From: Malacoraja senta
Lineage: Eukaryota
Direction: 5' to 3'
Assembly: GCA_038087875.1 (NCBI GenBank)
Contig: CM075987.1
Span: forward strand, 25,732,001 to 25,796,000
DNA length: 64,000 bases
The translations under genes were made by a program, and so were the position numbers. The first letter of the stretch is position 1, and every line of letters begins with the position of its first letter. The notes below the pieces were generated by a model. That model was not told where the DNA came from. It searched no databases and was given only the letters and a program-made list of their open reading frames with translations. Below, one piece after another: positions 22,601 through 33,772 of the stretch.

Positions 22601-23100
22601 AACAAACTGATAGAATACAAAACAAACTGCTACAATACAAAACAAACTGCTACAATACAAAACAAACTGCTACAATACAAAACAAACTGCTACAATACAA
22701 AACAAACTGCTACAATACAAAACAAACTGCTACAATACAAAACAAACTGCTACAATACAAAACAAACTGCTACAATACAAAACAAACTGCTACAATACAA
22801 AACAAACTGCTACAATACAAAACAAACTGCTACAATACAAAACAAACTGCTACAATACAAAACAAACTGCTACAATACAAAACAAACTGCTACAATACAA
22901 AACAAACTGCTACAATACAAAACAAACTGCTACAATACAAAACAAACTGCTACAATACAAAACAAACTGCTACAATACAAAACAAACTGCTACAATACAA
23001 AACAAACTGCTACAATACAAAACAAACTGCTACAATACAAAACAAACTGCTACAATACAAAACAAACTGCTACAATACAAAACAAACTGCTACAATACAG
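22601..23100. repeat. 20-bp tandem array (aacaaactgctacaatacaa) x24 plus one degenerate unit, in the CR1 5' UTR
   Basis: Direct reading; units are essentially identical. Confidence 0.97.
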
Positions 23101-23215
23101 TACAATCAGCAGGGATCTGACTCCCAATCAGCTGCTCTCTCTTATCTGCGTCCACCAATCAGCGGCTTCCTCAAACCCACTTGTTTTTGAAGTGGAACGT
23201 TGCCGATTTGGGTAC

Positions 23216-23833
23216 TCCTTTTTAAGTCCTACCGCTCGGTTGTAGCTCCTCCCTCAGCGACCTCTCCAACGGCTTTCGGACCTCTGTAAGGAACAAGCCC
23301 CCGCGCTCCTTTTTAAGTCCTACCGCTCGGTTGTAGCTCCTCCCTCAGCGACCTCTCCAACGGCTTTCGGACCTCTGTAAGGAACAAGCCCCCGCGCTCC
23401 TTTTTAAGTCCTACCGCTCGGTTGTAGCTCCTCCCTCAGCGACCTCTCCAACGGCTTTCGGACCTCTGTAAGGAACAAGCCCCCGCGCTCCTTTTTAAGT
23501 CCTACCGCTCGGTTGTAGCTCCTCCCTCAGCGACCTCTCCAACGGCTTTCGGACCTCTGTAAGGAACAAGCCCCCGCGCTCCTTTTTAAGTCCTACCGCT
23601 CGGTTGTAGCTCCTCCCTCAGCGACCTCTCCAACGGCTTTCGGACCTCTGTAAGGAACAAGCCCCCGCGCTCCTTTTTAAGTCCTACCGCTCGGTTGTAG
23701 CTCCTCCCTCAGCGACCTCTCCAACGGCTTTCGGACCTCTGTAAGGAACAAGCCCCCGCGCTCCTTTTTAAGTCCTACCGCTCGGTTGTAGCTCCTCCCT
23801 CAGCGACCTCTCCAACGGCTTTCGGACCTCTGT
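23216..23833. repeat. 91-bp tandem monomer array (6 full units plus 1 partial) forming the CR1 5' end
   Basis: tttaagtcctacc recurs at 23221, 23312, 23403, 23494, 23585, 23676 and 23767. Confidence 0.97.
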
Positions 23834-25081
23834 CTTTGGAGTGTGGGGGGAAACCAGTGTACCCGGAGAAAACCCACGCAGACAAGCACCCGTAGTCAGG
23901 ATCGAACCCGGGTCTCTGGCACTGTGAGGCAGCAACTCTACCGCTGCGCCACCGTGCGTCATATAATAATAACAAAACATATATTTCCCTGCCACTAACC
24001 CTTTGTCATGGTTTAGTAAAGGTTTAGTTTAACTTGGAGATACAGCTCGGAAACAGGCCATTCGGCTGACCAAGTCCATGCCGACCAACGACCCGCACAC
24101 AACACAAAACTAGAAGATGGTTGGAAAATGAAGGTGACTGTTTCATTGTTACACCTCTTCAACACTATTAAAGCAACCTTATTTTTTTCTTTTTCGTGCT
24201 TTTTATCCTTTTCATAGAAATATAGAAATATAGTAGACCATTCGGCCCTTCGAGCCAGTACCACCATTCAATATGATCACGGCTGATCATCCAGAATCAG
24301 TACCTCGTTCCTGATTTCCCCCCATATCCCTTGATTCCTTTAGCCCTAAGAGCACAATCTAACTCTCCCTTGAAAAAAATTTCTTCGATCTCCCTTTCTC
24401 CTTATCCACCTATCTTTTTCGTCATTGAACAAATTGGGACAACTATGGTCGATGGTACTGTCTTGCGAGTGTCTCCAGAATTAACTTCCCACAAGGTCTC
24501 ATGCTGAATGAAGCCAAGCTAATCATTAGTTTACAAAGCATAGTGTGCTGCAAATAAATTGCTTTTTCATTGCAGCAAGCAGAGAGCAGAATCTGATCAA
24601 TGCCTTCACTTCAAAAAGTGATTGATTCATGGAGGGCCCTGAATAATTCACTACTGGACTCTACATGCCCGTTTGTGTATTCACGACCTGAAACGTCACC
24701 CATTCCGTCTCTCCAGAGATGCTGCCTGTCCCTCCAGAGATGCTGCCTGTCCCTCCAGAGTTACTCCAGCAGTTTGTGTCCATCTTCAGTGTATTACTGA
24801 TTCTGTAACAATATGAAGTATTTGAGACATTTTCAATATGGATGATGGGGAAAAAAGATATCTGTATTGATTTTTGAATATTCACCATCTTTTCAAACAG
24901 AATTGAAGTGACCAAGAGACATTTGAATTTTACAAAGAGTCATTGGGTCATAGAGTGATATAACGTGGAAACAGGCCCTTCAGCCCAACTTGCCCACACC
25001 AGCCAACATGTCCCAGCTACACTAGTCCCACCTGCCCACGTTTGGTCCATATCCCTCCAAACCTGTCCTATCCATGTACCT

Positions 25082-25224
25082 TCTTCTTCTTCTTGCGTAT
25101 GGCGTGCACAGCCTAAACTTGTAGGATAAACTTGTTCTATTTGATCGTATTTGATTGTGCACGCCAGGTTGATTGCATTCGTTGAAACAGGGCAGACCAC
25201 GTGAAGGTTGCAATCTCCCACCCC
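25082..25224 (-). mobile_element. 143-bp non-autonomous retroelement (Ingi/Vingi-like ends) with (AAG)n tail
   Basis: 12-bp TSD atccatgtacct (25070-25081, 25225-25236); 3' hairpin ggcgtgcaca/tgtgcacgcc; ccatacgc-aagaagaagaag tail; 5'-truncated sister at 59887-59968. Confidence 0.88.
25171..25224 (-). ncRNA. Minimal HDV-like self-cleaving ribozyme (predicted)
   Basis: GGGGUGG(P1) GA GAUUGCA(P2) ACC(P3) UUCACGU(L3) GGU(P3) CUGCCCU(P1) GUUUCAA CGAA(J4/2) UGCAAUC(P2); G1-U wobble; starts exactly at the TSD junction. Confidence 0.8.
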
Positions 25225-25973
25225 ATCCATGTACCTGTCTAACTGTTTCTTAAATGTTGGGTTAGTCCCAGCCTCAACTACCTCTTCTGGCAGCTCGTTC
25301 CATACACCCATCACCCTTTGTGTGAAAAAGTTACCCGTCAGATTCCTATTAAAAATGGGAGAAAGCCGGAGCACCCGGAGAAAACCCACGCAGGTCACGG
25401 GGAGAACATACAAACTCCGTACAGACAGCACCTGTAGTCACGATCGAGCCCGGGTCTCTGATGCTGTGAGGCAACTTACAACTTGTTTCGCTCTAATTAT
25501 TAAAATGTTAATCCATTTGCTGCTGAGACACGATTAACGTTCAAGGACTAGTTTTCTGTTCATAAGTTATTGCAGACTCTTCAAAGCAAGTGATGCTTCA
25601 AATACTGGCAACATCAAGTCATTAATTTTGGTTGAAAATTCACTCCCCAGTCTTGCAATTATCAAAATTAATGTTCATAGTGAAGACAATTAATATATAT
25701 ACACACATAGCATTGGACATAATTCATTGTCGAGTTATGGCATGGCCAACATCAGACTGGGGATTGAATAGCTGTGAAGAAAGCACATAATGAATCCAAA
25801 GCATTGTGAACAATGGAATGAGCCATTAATATTCTCCTGGAGCCTGCTGGCAACTCATTCATCAGCTGAGTCAATCATTTAAATAATTATTGGAAGATAA
25901 TTCTCTTTTGTGTGATGTCAAATGACCCCAGCTATTGTGCATTTTTATCACTGCCAAGTAGGGTTTAGTTTAG

Positions 25974-26178
25974 ATGGACACACAATGCTGGAGTAACTCA
26001 GCGGGTCAGGCAGCATCTCTGGAGAGAAGGAACGGGTGACGTTGCGGGTGGAGACCCTTCTCGACCCGAAACGTCACCCATTCCTTCAATCCAGAGATGC
26101 TGCCTGACCCGCTGAGTAACTCCAGCATTTACTGTCTACCTTCGGTGTAAACCAGCATTGCAGTTCCTTCCTACAGAG
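25974..26178. mobile_element. Head-to-head twin Penelope 3' modules inserted as one unit
   Basis: 14-bp TSD agggtttagtttag (25960-25973, 26179-26192); arms meet within the hammerhead stem II. Confidence 0.85.
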
Positions 26179-26179
26179 A

Positions 26180-26550
26180 GGGTTTAGTTTAGTTAACCTT
26201 GGAGAAACAGCGCAGAAACAGGCCCTTCGGCCCACCTTGTCCGCGCCGACCAGCGATCCCTGCATACTGACGCTATAGTGTACACACCAAGGACGATTTA
26301 CAATTTCACCAAGCCAATTGTACATCTTTGGAATGTGGGAGGAAACTGGAACAATTTTAACAGAAGCCAGTTAACCTACCAACCTGTTGGTCTCTGGAGT
26401 GTGGAAGGAAACTGGAGCACCCGGAGAAAAGCCCACGCAGGTCACGGGGAGAACGTACAAACTCCGTACAGACAGCACCTGTGGTCAGGATCGAACCAGT
26501 GCCTCTGGCGCTGTGAGGCAGCAACTCTACCGCTGCGCCACTGTGCCGCC
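26180..26550 (-). mobile_element. V-SINE (HE1-like) with internal duplication
   Basis: Reverse-strand head ending ctgcgccactgtgccgcc; tail aaacaggcccttcggccc. Confidence 0.85.
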
Positions 26551-27235
26551 CATGGTTTAAGGGATTCTCGCGTGAAGAAAAATATTAAGACGCGTTACTT
26601 TCCTGAAGAAATAAATAAAATAAATGTCAGAACAAACAAAAAGCAATCCAATTGCTCTTCAATAATCCGTAGAATGTGCCGTGGTATATGTTTATTTTAT
26701 GAGTGTTGAAAATCTATAATTCATGACCGTCACATCCCTCTTATTGGGGGTGAAAGCTGTGTTATGTCGAGCCCATGGATTTAAAAGATGAATAATTTTC
26801 CCAAGGGGGTTTCCATATCAAAAGAGTTCATGCTTTTATAGGCAGAGCAAAAGAACATTGTTATTGCGTCCTTGTGAAAAAAAACACACAGCAGAGCTGA
26901 CACTTTGGATAAATATGGGGATAAAAGAAGGAATTTTGAAATCTGCGGTAGAATTCGGTGACAAAATTATGATTCATTGGAAATGTTAGACGACTGAAAA
27001 AGGCATTTTGAAGTGAAGGTGCAGAATCACTATTTGTGAAGTCAAAACTAGTTTCTATTTGATTCGCATTTTAGAAATATATTTGAATACATTTAAATCA
27101 AATTGGACAAGTGGCCATATCTTTCTAATTATGCACAATAAATATTTTAATAATGAAATTGGCAGTAATTGGGAAACAAGGACATTAGCAAAAATGGGCA
27201 AAAGGTCTCGGAAATACACATTCAGTTTAGTATAG

Positions 27236-27332
27236 GAGGTAGACAAAAGTGCTGGAGAAACTCAGCGGGTGCAGCAGCATCTATGGAGCGAAGGAAATAG
27301 GCAACGTTTCGGGCCGAAACCCTTCTTCAGAC
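27236..27332 (-). mobile_element. Short Penelope 3' module with hammerhead-like motif
   Basis: 14-bp TSD tcagtttagtatag (27222-27235, 27333-27346); sense 5' end is gtCTGAAGA. Confidence 0.85.
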
Positions 27333-27346
27333 TCAGTTTAGTATAG

Positions 27347-27620
27347 TTTAGTTTAGAGATGCAGCATGGAAACAGGCCCACCGAATCCACGCCGACCAGC
27401 GATTGCCACACACTAACCCTATCCTGCACACACAAGGGACAATTTACAGTGATACCGCACCAATTAGCCTACAAACCTGGACGTCTTTGGAGTGTGGGTG
27501 GAAGCCAGAGATCCCGGGGAAAACACAAACAGGTCAGGGGGGAGAACGTACAAACTCTGTACAGACAGCACCCGTAGTCGGGATCGAACCCGGGTCTCTG
27601 GCGCTGTGAGGCAGCGGCTC
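27347..27620 (-). mobile_element. V-SINE (HE1-like)
   Basis: B box and V-domain on the reverse strand; (TTTAG)n tail. Confidence 0.82.
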
Positions 27621-28484
27621 GACCTCTACATGATAGCACATGGGGATCAACCATGGGGAAGAAACCGAGTCCTTGTAGATGGTGTTAATGAGAATGTCAC
27701 AAATCTGCGCCAGTTTAGAAAATCAGTGGCTGTAAGGAGTGGAAGATGTGAGGAAAATAAGATCAGAAAATGTAAGGCCTGGATGTACACAATTCTCACA
27801 AGAGATCCATTAGTAAGTCACACAGGCACCCGGCACTGAACATTGACACTTTGATCCATACCATTTAATATACTACTGTTTAGATCTGATTCTTCAACTG
27901 AATAAAACCTATGCATTATAGTTTCAAAAGGATATACACCAGGCTACTCTCGTCTTGCGCCTGGCATTGCAATTCTCAGAAGTTATCGAGAGACTGCAAT
28001 AGCAATTTAAAATAAAATTAAATTAACAACAGAACACACCACAGTTCTTTTGTTTATATTGTTGGAAGATCCACTGTGTTAGATTTTTTTTTAGGAGATA
28101 ACAGGCTGACATCTCCTTTGATTGGAGCAGAATTGTTTCCTACCTGATATTATTATCCACCATTGTTATTATCTGGCACATGGAAAAAATATTTTTTCTG
28201 CTAACCTCTTAAAATGTATAGATGCATGCATATATTTTAGCGAGACCAGGCAGGTTGAGTTAAATAATTTTTATTGACAAATAAAAATGGCAATTAAACT
28301 CGGTAACACGCGTGCCACGCGAGAATAGCTCCTGTTGCAGGGAGGAGCGCTGATGACTAACTGGAAAACCCGCGAACGAACCACCACGGTCACGTCATCC
28401 AGCAATGACGAGAGTTCGAACTTCCCCAAACCACCACTATAACACTATCCTATATATCCCATATACAGCATCCTACATATAACC

Positions 28485-28805
28485 TATGTCCTCTGGTCCT
28501 CGATTCACCTACTCTGGGCAAGAGATTCTGTGCATCTACCCAATCCATTCCTCTCTTTTTTTTACACCCCTATAAGATCACCCCTCATCCTCCTGCTCTC
28601 CAAGGAAGAAGGTCCCAAGCCTACTCAACCTGTCCCCATAACTCAGACCCTCCAGTCCCGGCAACATCCTCGTAAATCTTCTCAGCGCCCATACCAGCTT
28701 GACAACATCTTTCCTATAACATGGTGCCCAGAACTGAACACAATATTCTAAATGCGGCCGACACCAACGTCTTACACAACTGCAACGTGACCTCTCAACT
28801 TCTAC
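28485..28805 (-). mobile_element. CR1 ORF2 C-terminal fragment, degenerate
   Basis: Reverse strand reads LEYCVQFWAP...RRMRGDL. Confidence 0.7.
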
Positions 28806-29285
28806 ACATGGATAGACACGACATGCTGGAGAAACTCAGCGGGGCAGGCAGCATCTCTGGAGAGAAGGAATGGGTGATGTTCCGGGGTTCTAGAACCTTC
28901 TTCAGACTATACGTTGAGTTCAGGTAGCTGCCCGTATTTAATTAGTGGTGCTGTTTTTTTTTTGATGGAAGGAAATAGGTTGCACTGTTACGGAGACTTG
29001 CAGGTTCACATTGATGTGTGAGTATTCTCAGCTTCTACTCCTGTCATCTGACTCCTGTTGATATTTACGTGTATGGAGCGCTGCAGTTTTCCACATCAAT
29101 AGGTGTAGATTCTGACAGCTCACAAGACAGAACAGGATGTTAAAACAACCCACACACTTTTCGTGGAAATCCTGTGTGAAAATCATTATTTGTATACCCT
29201 GTTGGAGGAAGAAATGTTCCTTGAGAAAACGGATGAAGGAGATCAGAATTGCCCTGTGGAAATATAGTTTCCCTCCACAACCTTA

Positions 29286-29575
29286 GCGCGCCACGGTGGC
29301 CCAGCGGTAGAGTTGCTGCCTTACAACACCCGAGAGCCAGGTTCCATCCTGACTACGGGTGCTGTACGTACGGTGTTTGTACGTTCTCCCCATGACCTGC
29401 ATGGATTTGCTCCGGTTTTCCGCCCACATTCCAAAGACATGCAGGTTTGTGGATTAATAGGCTTTAGTAAAAATTGTAAATTGTCCCTAGTGTGTTGGAT
29501 AGTGCTAGCGTATGGGGTGATCGCTGGTCGACATGGACACGGTGAGCCAAAGGGCCAGTTTCCATGCTGTATCAT
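29286..29575 (+). mobile_element. V-SINE (HE1-like), diverged
   Basis: Head, V-domain and tail recognisable. Confidence 0.8.
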
Positions 29576-29852
29576 TAAAATCTTTAATGATTTTGTGAAA
29601 AAGCATAATTAATCTATTGCAGAATTTCTCAATCAATGTATTTTTCATGCATATCATTTTATAGGAGCATAATTAGGCCATTCGGCCCATTAAGTTTACT
29701 CCACCATTCAATCATGACTGATCTACATGCACCCAATACGCCAAATGCAGTCTGACCTGCTCCTTATGAAGCCTCAGCATTATATCATTGTTTTCATATT
29801 CTAGTCCTTTGGAAATAAAAGCTAGCATTGCATTTGCCTCACTTACTACCGA

Positions 29853-30437
29853 TCAACCGCAAGAAATACTACACTTGTCGCTTTACCTCCCCCCTTCACA
29901 CCATCCAAGGACCTAAACAGTCTTTCCAGGTGCGGCAGAGGTTCACCTGCACCTCCTCCAACCTCATCTATTGCATCCGCTGCTCTAGTTGTCAGCTGCT
30001 CTACATCGGTGAGACCAAGCGTAGGCTTGGCGATCGCTTCGCCCAACACCTCCGCAATAACCAACCTGATCTCCCGGTGGCTCAGCGCTTCAACTCCCCC
30101 TCCCATTCCGAATCTGACTTTTCTGTCCTGGGCCTACTCCATGGCCAGAGTGAGTCCCACCGTAAATTGGAGGAGCAGCGCCTCATATTTCGCTTGGGTA
30201 GTTTACACCCCAGCGGTATGAACATTGACTTCTCCAAATTCAGGTAGTCCCTGCTTTCTCCCTCTTTCCCCTCACATTCCCAGCGCTCCCACAGCCCACT
30301 GTCTCCGCCTCTTCCTTTCTTCTTCCCGACTCCCCCACATCAGTCTGAAGAAGCGTCTCGACCCGAATCGTCACCTATTTCCTTCGCTCCACAGATGCTG
30401 CCTCACCCGCTGAGTTCCTCCAGCATTTTTATCTACC
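29853..30437 (+). mobile_element. Penelope-like 3' fragment (GIY-YIG domain plus hammerhead module)
   Basis: NLIYCIRCSSCQLLYIGETKRRLGDRF...GMNIDFSKF*; ctgaagaagcgtctcgacccgaatcgtc. Confidence 0.88.
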
Positions 30438-30588
30438 ACCGATCTACTGACTATCATCTACTGACCGTCATGCCTCTTGTGATAAAGATGTCATTTGACA
30501 TCCCAAGAATGAGCAGAGGTGTAATCTTCAGGTGAAATTATGTTATAGTGAGGAGATAGGACTTGTAGATCTACTTTAGTTACCACTG

Positions 30589-30607
30589 TGGCACCATCTG
30601 GTGGTCA
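30589..30607 (-). promoter_or_regulatory. CTCF-like motif
   Basis: Reverse strand tgaccaccagatggtgcca resembles the CTCF core CCACCAGRKGGCGC; lies in non-repeat DNA; motif match only. Confidence 0.35.
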
Positions 30608-30659
30608 AGCCACTTATAGATCGCTCCCTCGTCATCAAAGCTGGAACGGTCACCTGACC

Positions 30660-31112
30660 GTTGAGAGAATGGAGCGGCTGGGCTTGTACACTCTGGAGTT
30701 TGGAAGGATGAGAGGGAATCTCAATGAAACATATAAGATTGTTAAGGGTTTGGACACGCTAGAGGCAGGAAACATGTTACCGATGTTGGGGGAGTCCAGA
30801 ACCAGGGCCCACAGTTTAAGAATAAGGGGTAAGCCATTTAGAACGGATACGAGGAAACACTTTTTCTCACAAAGAGTGGTGAGTCTGTGGAATTCTCTGC
30901 CTCAGAGGGCTGTGGAGGCAGGTTCTCTGGATGCTTTCAAGAGAGAGCTAGATAGGGCTCTTAAATATAACGGAGTCAGGGGATATGGGGAGAAGGCAGG
31001 AACGGGGTACTGATTGTGGATGATCAGCCATGATCACATTGAATGGCGGTGCTGGCTCGAAGGGCCGAACGGCCTACTCCTGCACCTATTGTCTATTGTC
31101 TATTGTCTATTG
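30660..31112 (+). mobile_element. CR1 LINE 3' fragment
   Basis: ERMERLGLYTLEF...GYGEKAGTGY*, 3' UTR, (tattgtc)n tail. Confidence 0.88.
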
Positions 31113-31504
31113 ACTGCGTTGGGCCGGAGTTGGGGGTGGAGAACATCATCAGTTTACAACAACAGCAGGAACTTAGCTTGAGTTTGTCAGTCAATGGGTG
31201 CGTTCTGCAGTAGCAACAATGACTTTGTTTTAGAGTGTACCAAACATGCTTGTGTGCCAAACTTGTAATGTGTTAACAAAGATACTGTTTGTACACAACG
31301 TTTGAGTCACCACACCACATCATCATTTCTTTCATTTTAATTATAATTTTCTGTGTATCAATAAAGAAAATTACATCCATGACCTAATTAGACAATGAAT
31401 TCCAGATCAAGATCAATTGTTGTTTCATTTCCTCAAGTTTGTCTTTACCATTCTTTTGAATGCTGACACCATGTTAGATACAGTACATTTCATCCAATTT
31501 TACC

Positions 31505-31801
31505 TTTAGTTTTAGAGATGCAGTGTGGAAACAGGCCCGATGGCCCGGTGAGCCCGCACCGACCAGCGATCCCCGTACATGACGTCTATTTTACAAACTA
31601 GGCACAAGTTACAGAAGCCAATCAACCTACAACCCTGCACGTCTTTGGAGTGTGGGAGGAAACCGAAGATCTCGGAGAAAACCCACGCGGGTCACGGGGA
31701 GAACGTACAAACTCCGTACAGACAGCACCCGTAGTCAGGATCGAACCCGGGTCTCTGGTGCTGTGAGGCAGCAACTCTACCGCTGCGCCACCGTGCCGCC
31801 C
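31505..31801 (-). mobile_element. V-SINE (HE1-like)
   Basis: Complete reverse-strand head, V-domain and tail. Confidence 0.87.
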
Positions 31802-32292
31802 ACTACTTGTGCAATAGATAACTGTGTCCTCTTGATGGTTGTCTTTCTTTACTGCCATTCTAAACTCAGCTGCATTTACAAGGATTATCTCCATGTCTCT
31901 GAACTTAATTTTAAAGGGGAATATATCTGGTGCCTGCCATTACTATATCTAATAGATAGCTTCAGACCTTACCACACTCTCTCTGTGTCATTGCTGTAGT
32001 TTTGTCTCTGCCACTGTTTTGGTTCATAATGACAATTGGCCCTCGTGGCCTCTTAAAGGTGTTGCTCCATGAAGGGTTTTTGCATTAAGTCTACCACATC
32101 TGCTGCTGAACGGCTCGAGTCTTTCAACATTATACATAATTGATGGAATCCTCCATTCATATAACTCCCTTGGTCTTGTGCTTTTCCAATGGTATGGAAA
32201 GCAATGTCCTCCTTATAATAATATGGTGGAATGTCCTTCATGCTAACAGTTTTATAGCATTAGTTATCTCAATCTGGACTAGATTTTTGGAT

Positions 32293-32515
32293 GGGAAGGA
32301 ACTGCAGATGCTGGTTTATACTGAAGACAGACACAAAGTGCTGGAGCAACTCCGCGGGTCAGGCAGCATCTCTGGAGAGAAGGAACAGGCAATGTTTCGG
32401 GTCCGAACCCTTCTTAGCAGTCTGAAGGAAGGTTCTGACCCAAAATGTCACCTGTTCCTTTTCTCCAGAGATGCTGCCTGACCCGCTGAGTTGCTCCAGC
32501 ACTTTGTGTCTGTCT
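32293..32515. mobile_element. Head-to-head twin Penelope 3' modules
   Basis: Arms about 32325-32415 and 32420-32515 are reverse complements. Confidence 0.8.
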
Positions 32516-33772
32516 GTGGACTCAATCCCTTATGTTTCCCACTCCCATGAGCCCTATACCTTGAGGAAAACAACAACAAAAAGTGCCGGAGAAACTCAGC
32601 GAGTCAGGCAGCTGCTGTAAAGGTGATGTTTCAGGTTTGGACCCTTTCTCCAGGCGATTCTAGTAGGAGGGAGCACAACTGCAACAGAGATGGGGACAGG
32701 ACTGGAAAAAGAGATGGGAATGGGCGGGTGATGGGTGGACACAAAAATATACAGGTCCTGACCTCCTTCCACACCTCCCCTTCAAGTCAAGTCAAGTCAA
32801 CTTTATTTGTCACATACACACATACAAGATGTGCAGTGAAATTAAAGTGGCAACGCCTGCGGATAGTGCAAAAAACAACAGCACAACAGAACAGAACAGA
32901 ACCAGTATTTACATTTTAGAAAAAAAATTAAAAAAGACACAACATGTGTCTTTGTCCTTTGTCTCCTTTTCATCTCCAGCCTTTGTCCACCCATCTGCCA
33001 AGCAAACCTCCCCCCTACCCCCTACCCCCCCTCTCTCCTCTCCACCTCTCCCCACCCCCCCCCCCCTCACCTGTATCCAACTCTAATAATAATAATAATA
33101 ATATATTTTATTGTCATTGCACAGAGGTACAACGAGATTTGGTATGCAGCTTCCATCTGATGTAATAACAATTAGCTAAAAATTTAGACACCCAGAGAAA
33201 CAAGATTAAAAACCAAGATAGACACTTAAATCTGTAGTAACTCAGCGGGTCAGGCAGCATCTTTGGAGAGAAGGAATAGGTGACGTTTTGGGTTCAGACC
33301 ATTCTTTAGACTGAGAGTCAAGGGAGAAGGGAACTGGAGCAATGATAGATGAGGGAAAAGATTACAAAGCAGCTTGTAGTTCTCAAAATGAAAGTAGAAA
33401 TAAAGATGTATTAAATAAATATATTGATCTGTGCCAGGGAAATGCAAATTAACGATAGTCATCAGAAATCTGGCAGTGCAGTCAGTATCTTTCCCCAGCT
33501 CGATGCCAATAAAAACAGGTGTCATCTTCTGTAACCCATGCATATTAAAACAGTGCTGCAATGATAATGTTATGCCTTTCCTAACTGTCAACATATCATC
33601 ATTTTTAATGCAGACAAAGTTTCACCCAGAAATTGTTGGCAAAATGATCACAACATTTAACAATGCTGCAAAATGACGGATGATTTTTTCGATGCTGGAA
33701 AGGAAATGAACATTGCAGCTGGGTGTTGGCGTTAAAATAACACTCTTAGCAACAAGTGCTAATGTCCTCAGT

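Larger units (their letters stand above)
18425..23833 (-). mobile_element. Near full-length CR1-clade LINE (HER1-like)
   Basis: 5' tandem arrays, ORF1 (zinc finger/coiled coil/SGNH esterase), intact ORF2, 3' UTR, (TCTATGTA)n octamer tail. Confidence 0.95.
18297..23957 (-). mobile_element. V-SINE split by the full-length CR1 (halves 18297-18424 and 23832-23957)
   Basis: Halves rejoin as ...ttaacctgtac|gtctttggagtgtggg...; no clear TSD. Confidence 0.8.
24940..25352 (-). mobile_element. CR1 LINE 3' fragment, interrupted by the ribozyme-headed element
   Basis: FFTQRVMGVWNELPEEVVEAG; 3' UTR gggctgaagggcctgtttcc. Confidence 0.82.

Noticed and set aside
22601..23833. Regular repeats as a possible CRISPR array
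   Set aside because: Head-to-tail identical units with no unique spacers, in a eukaryotic LINE 5' UTR; no cas genes.
23216..23833. 91-bp monomer as a hammerhead ribozyme (ggac...gtcc-GAAA on the minus strand)
   Set aside because: No CUGANGA core upstream of the putative stem II.
31810..32241. ORF 32053..32241 as a host exon
   Set aside because: AADVVDLMQKPF resembles a decayed CR1 RT motif ([12 protein letters not shown]); most likely an ancient LINE relic.
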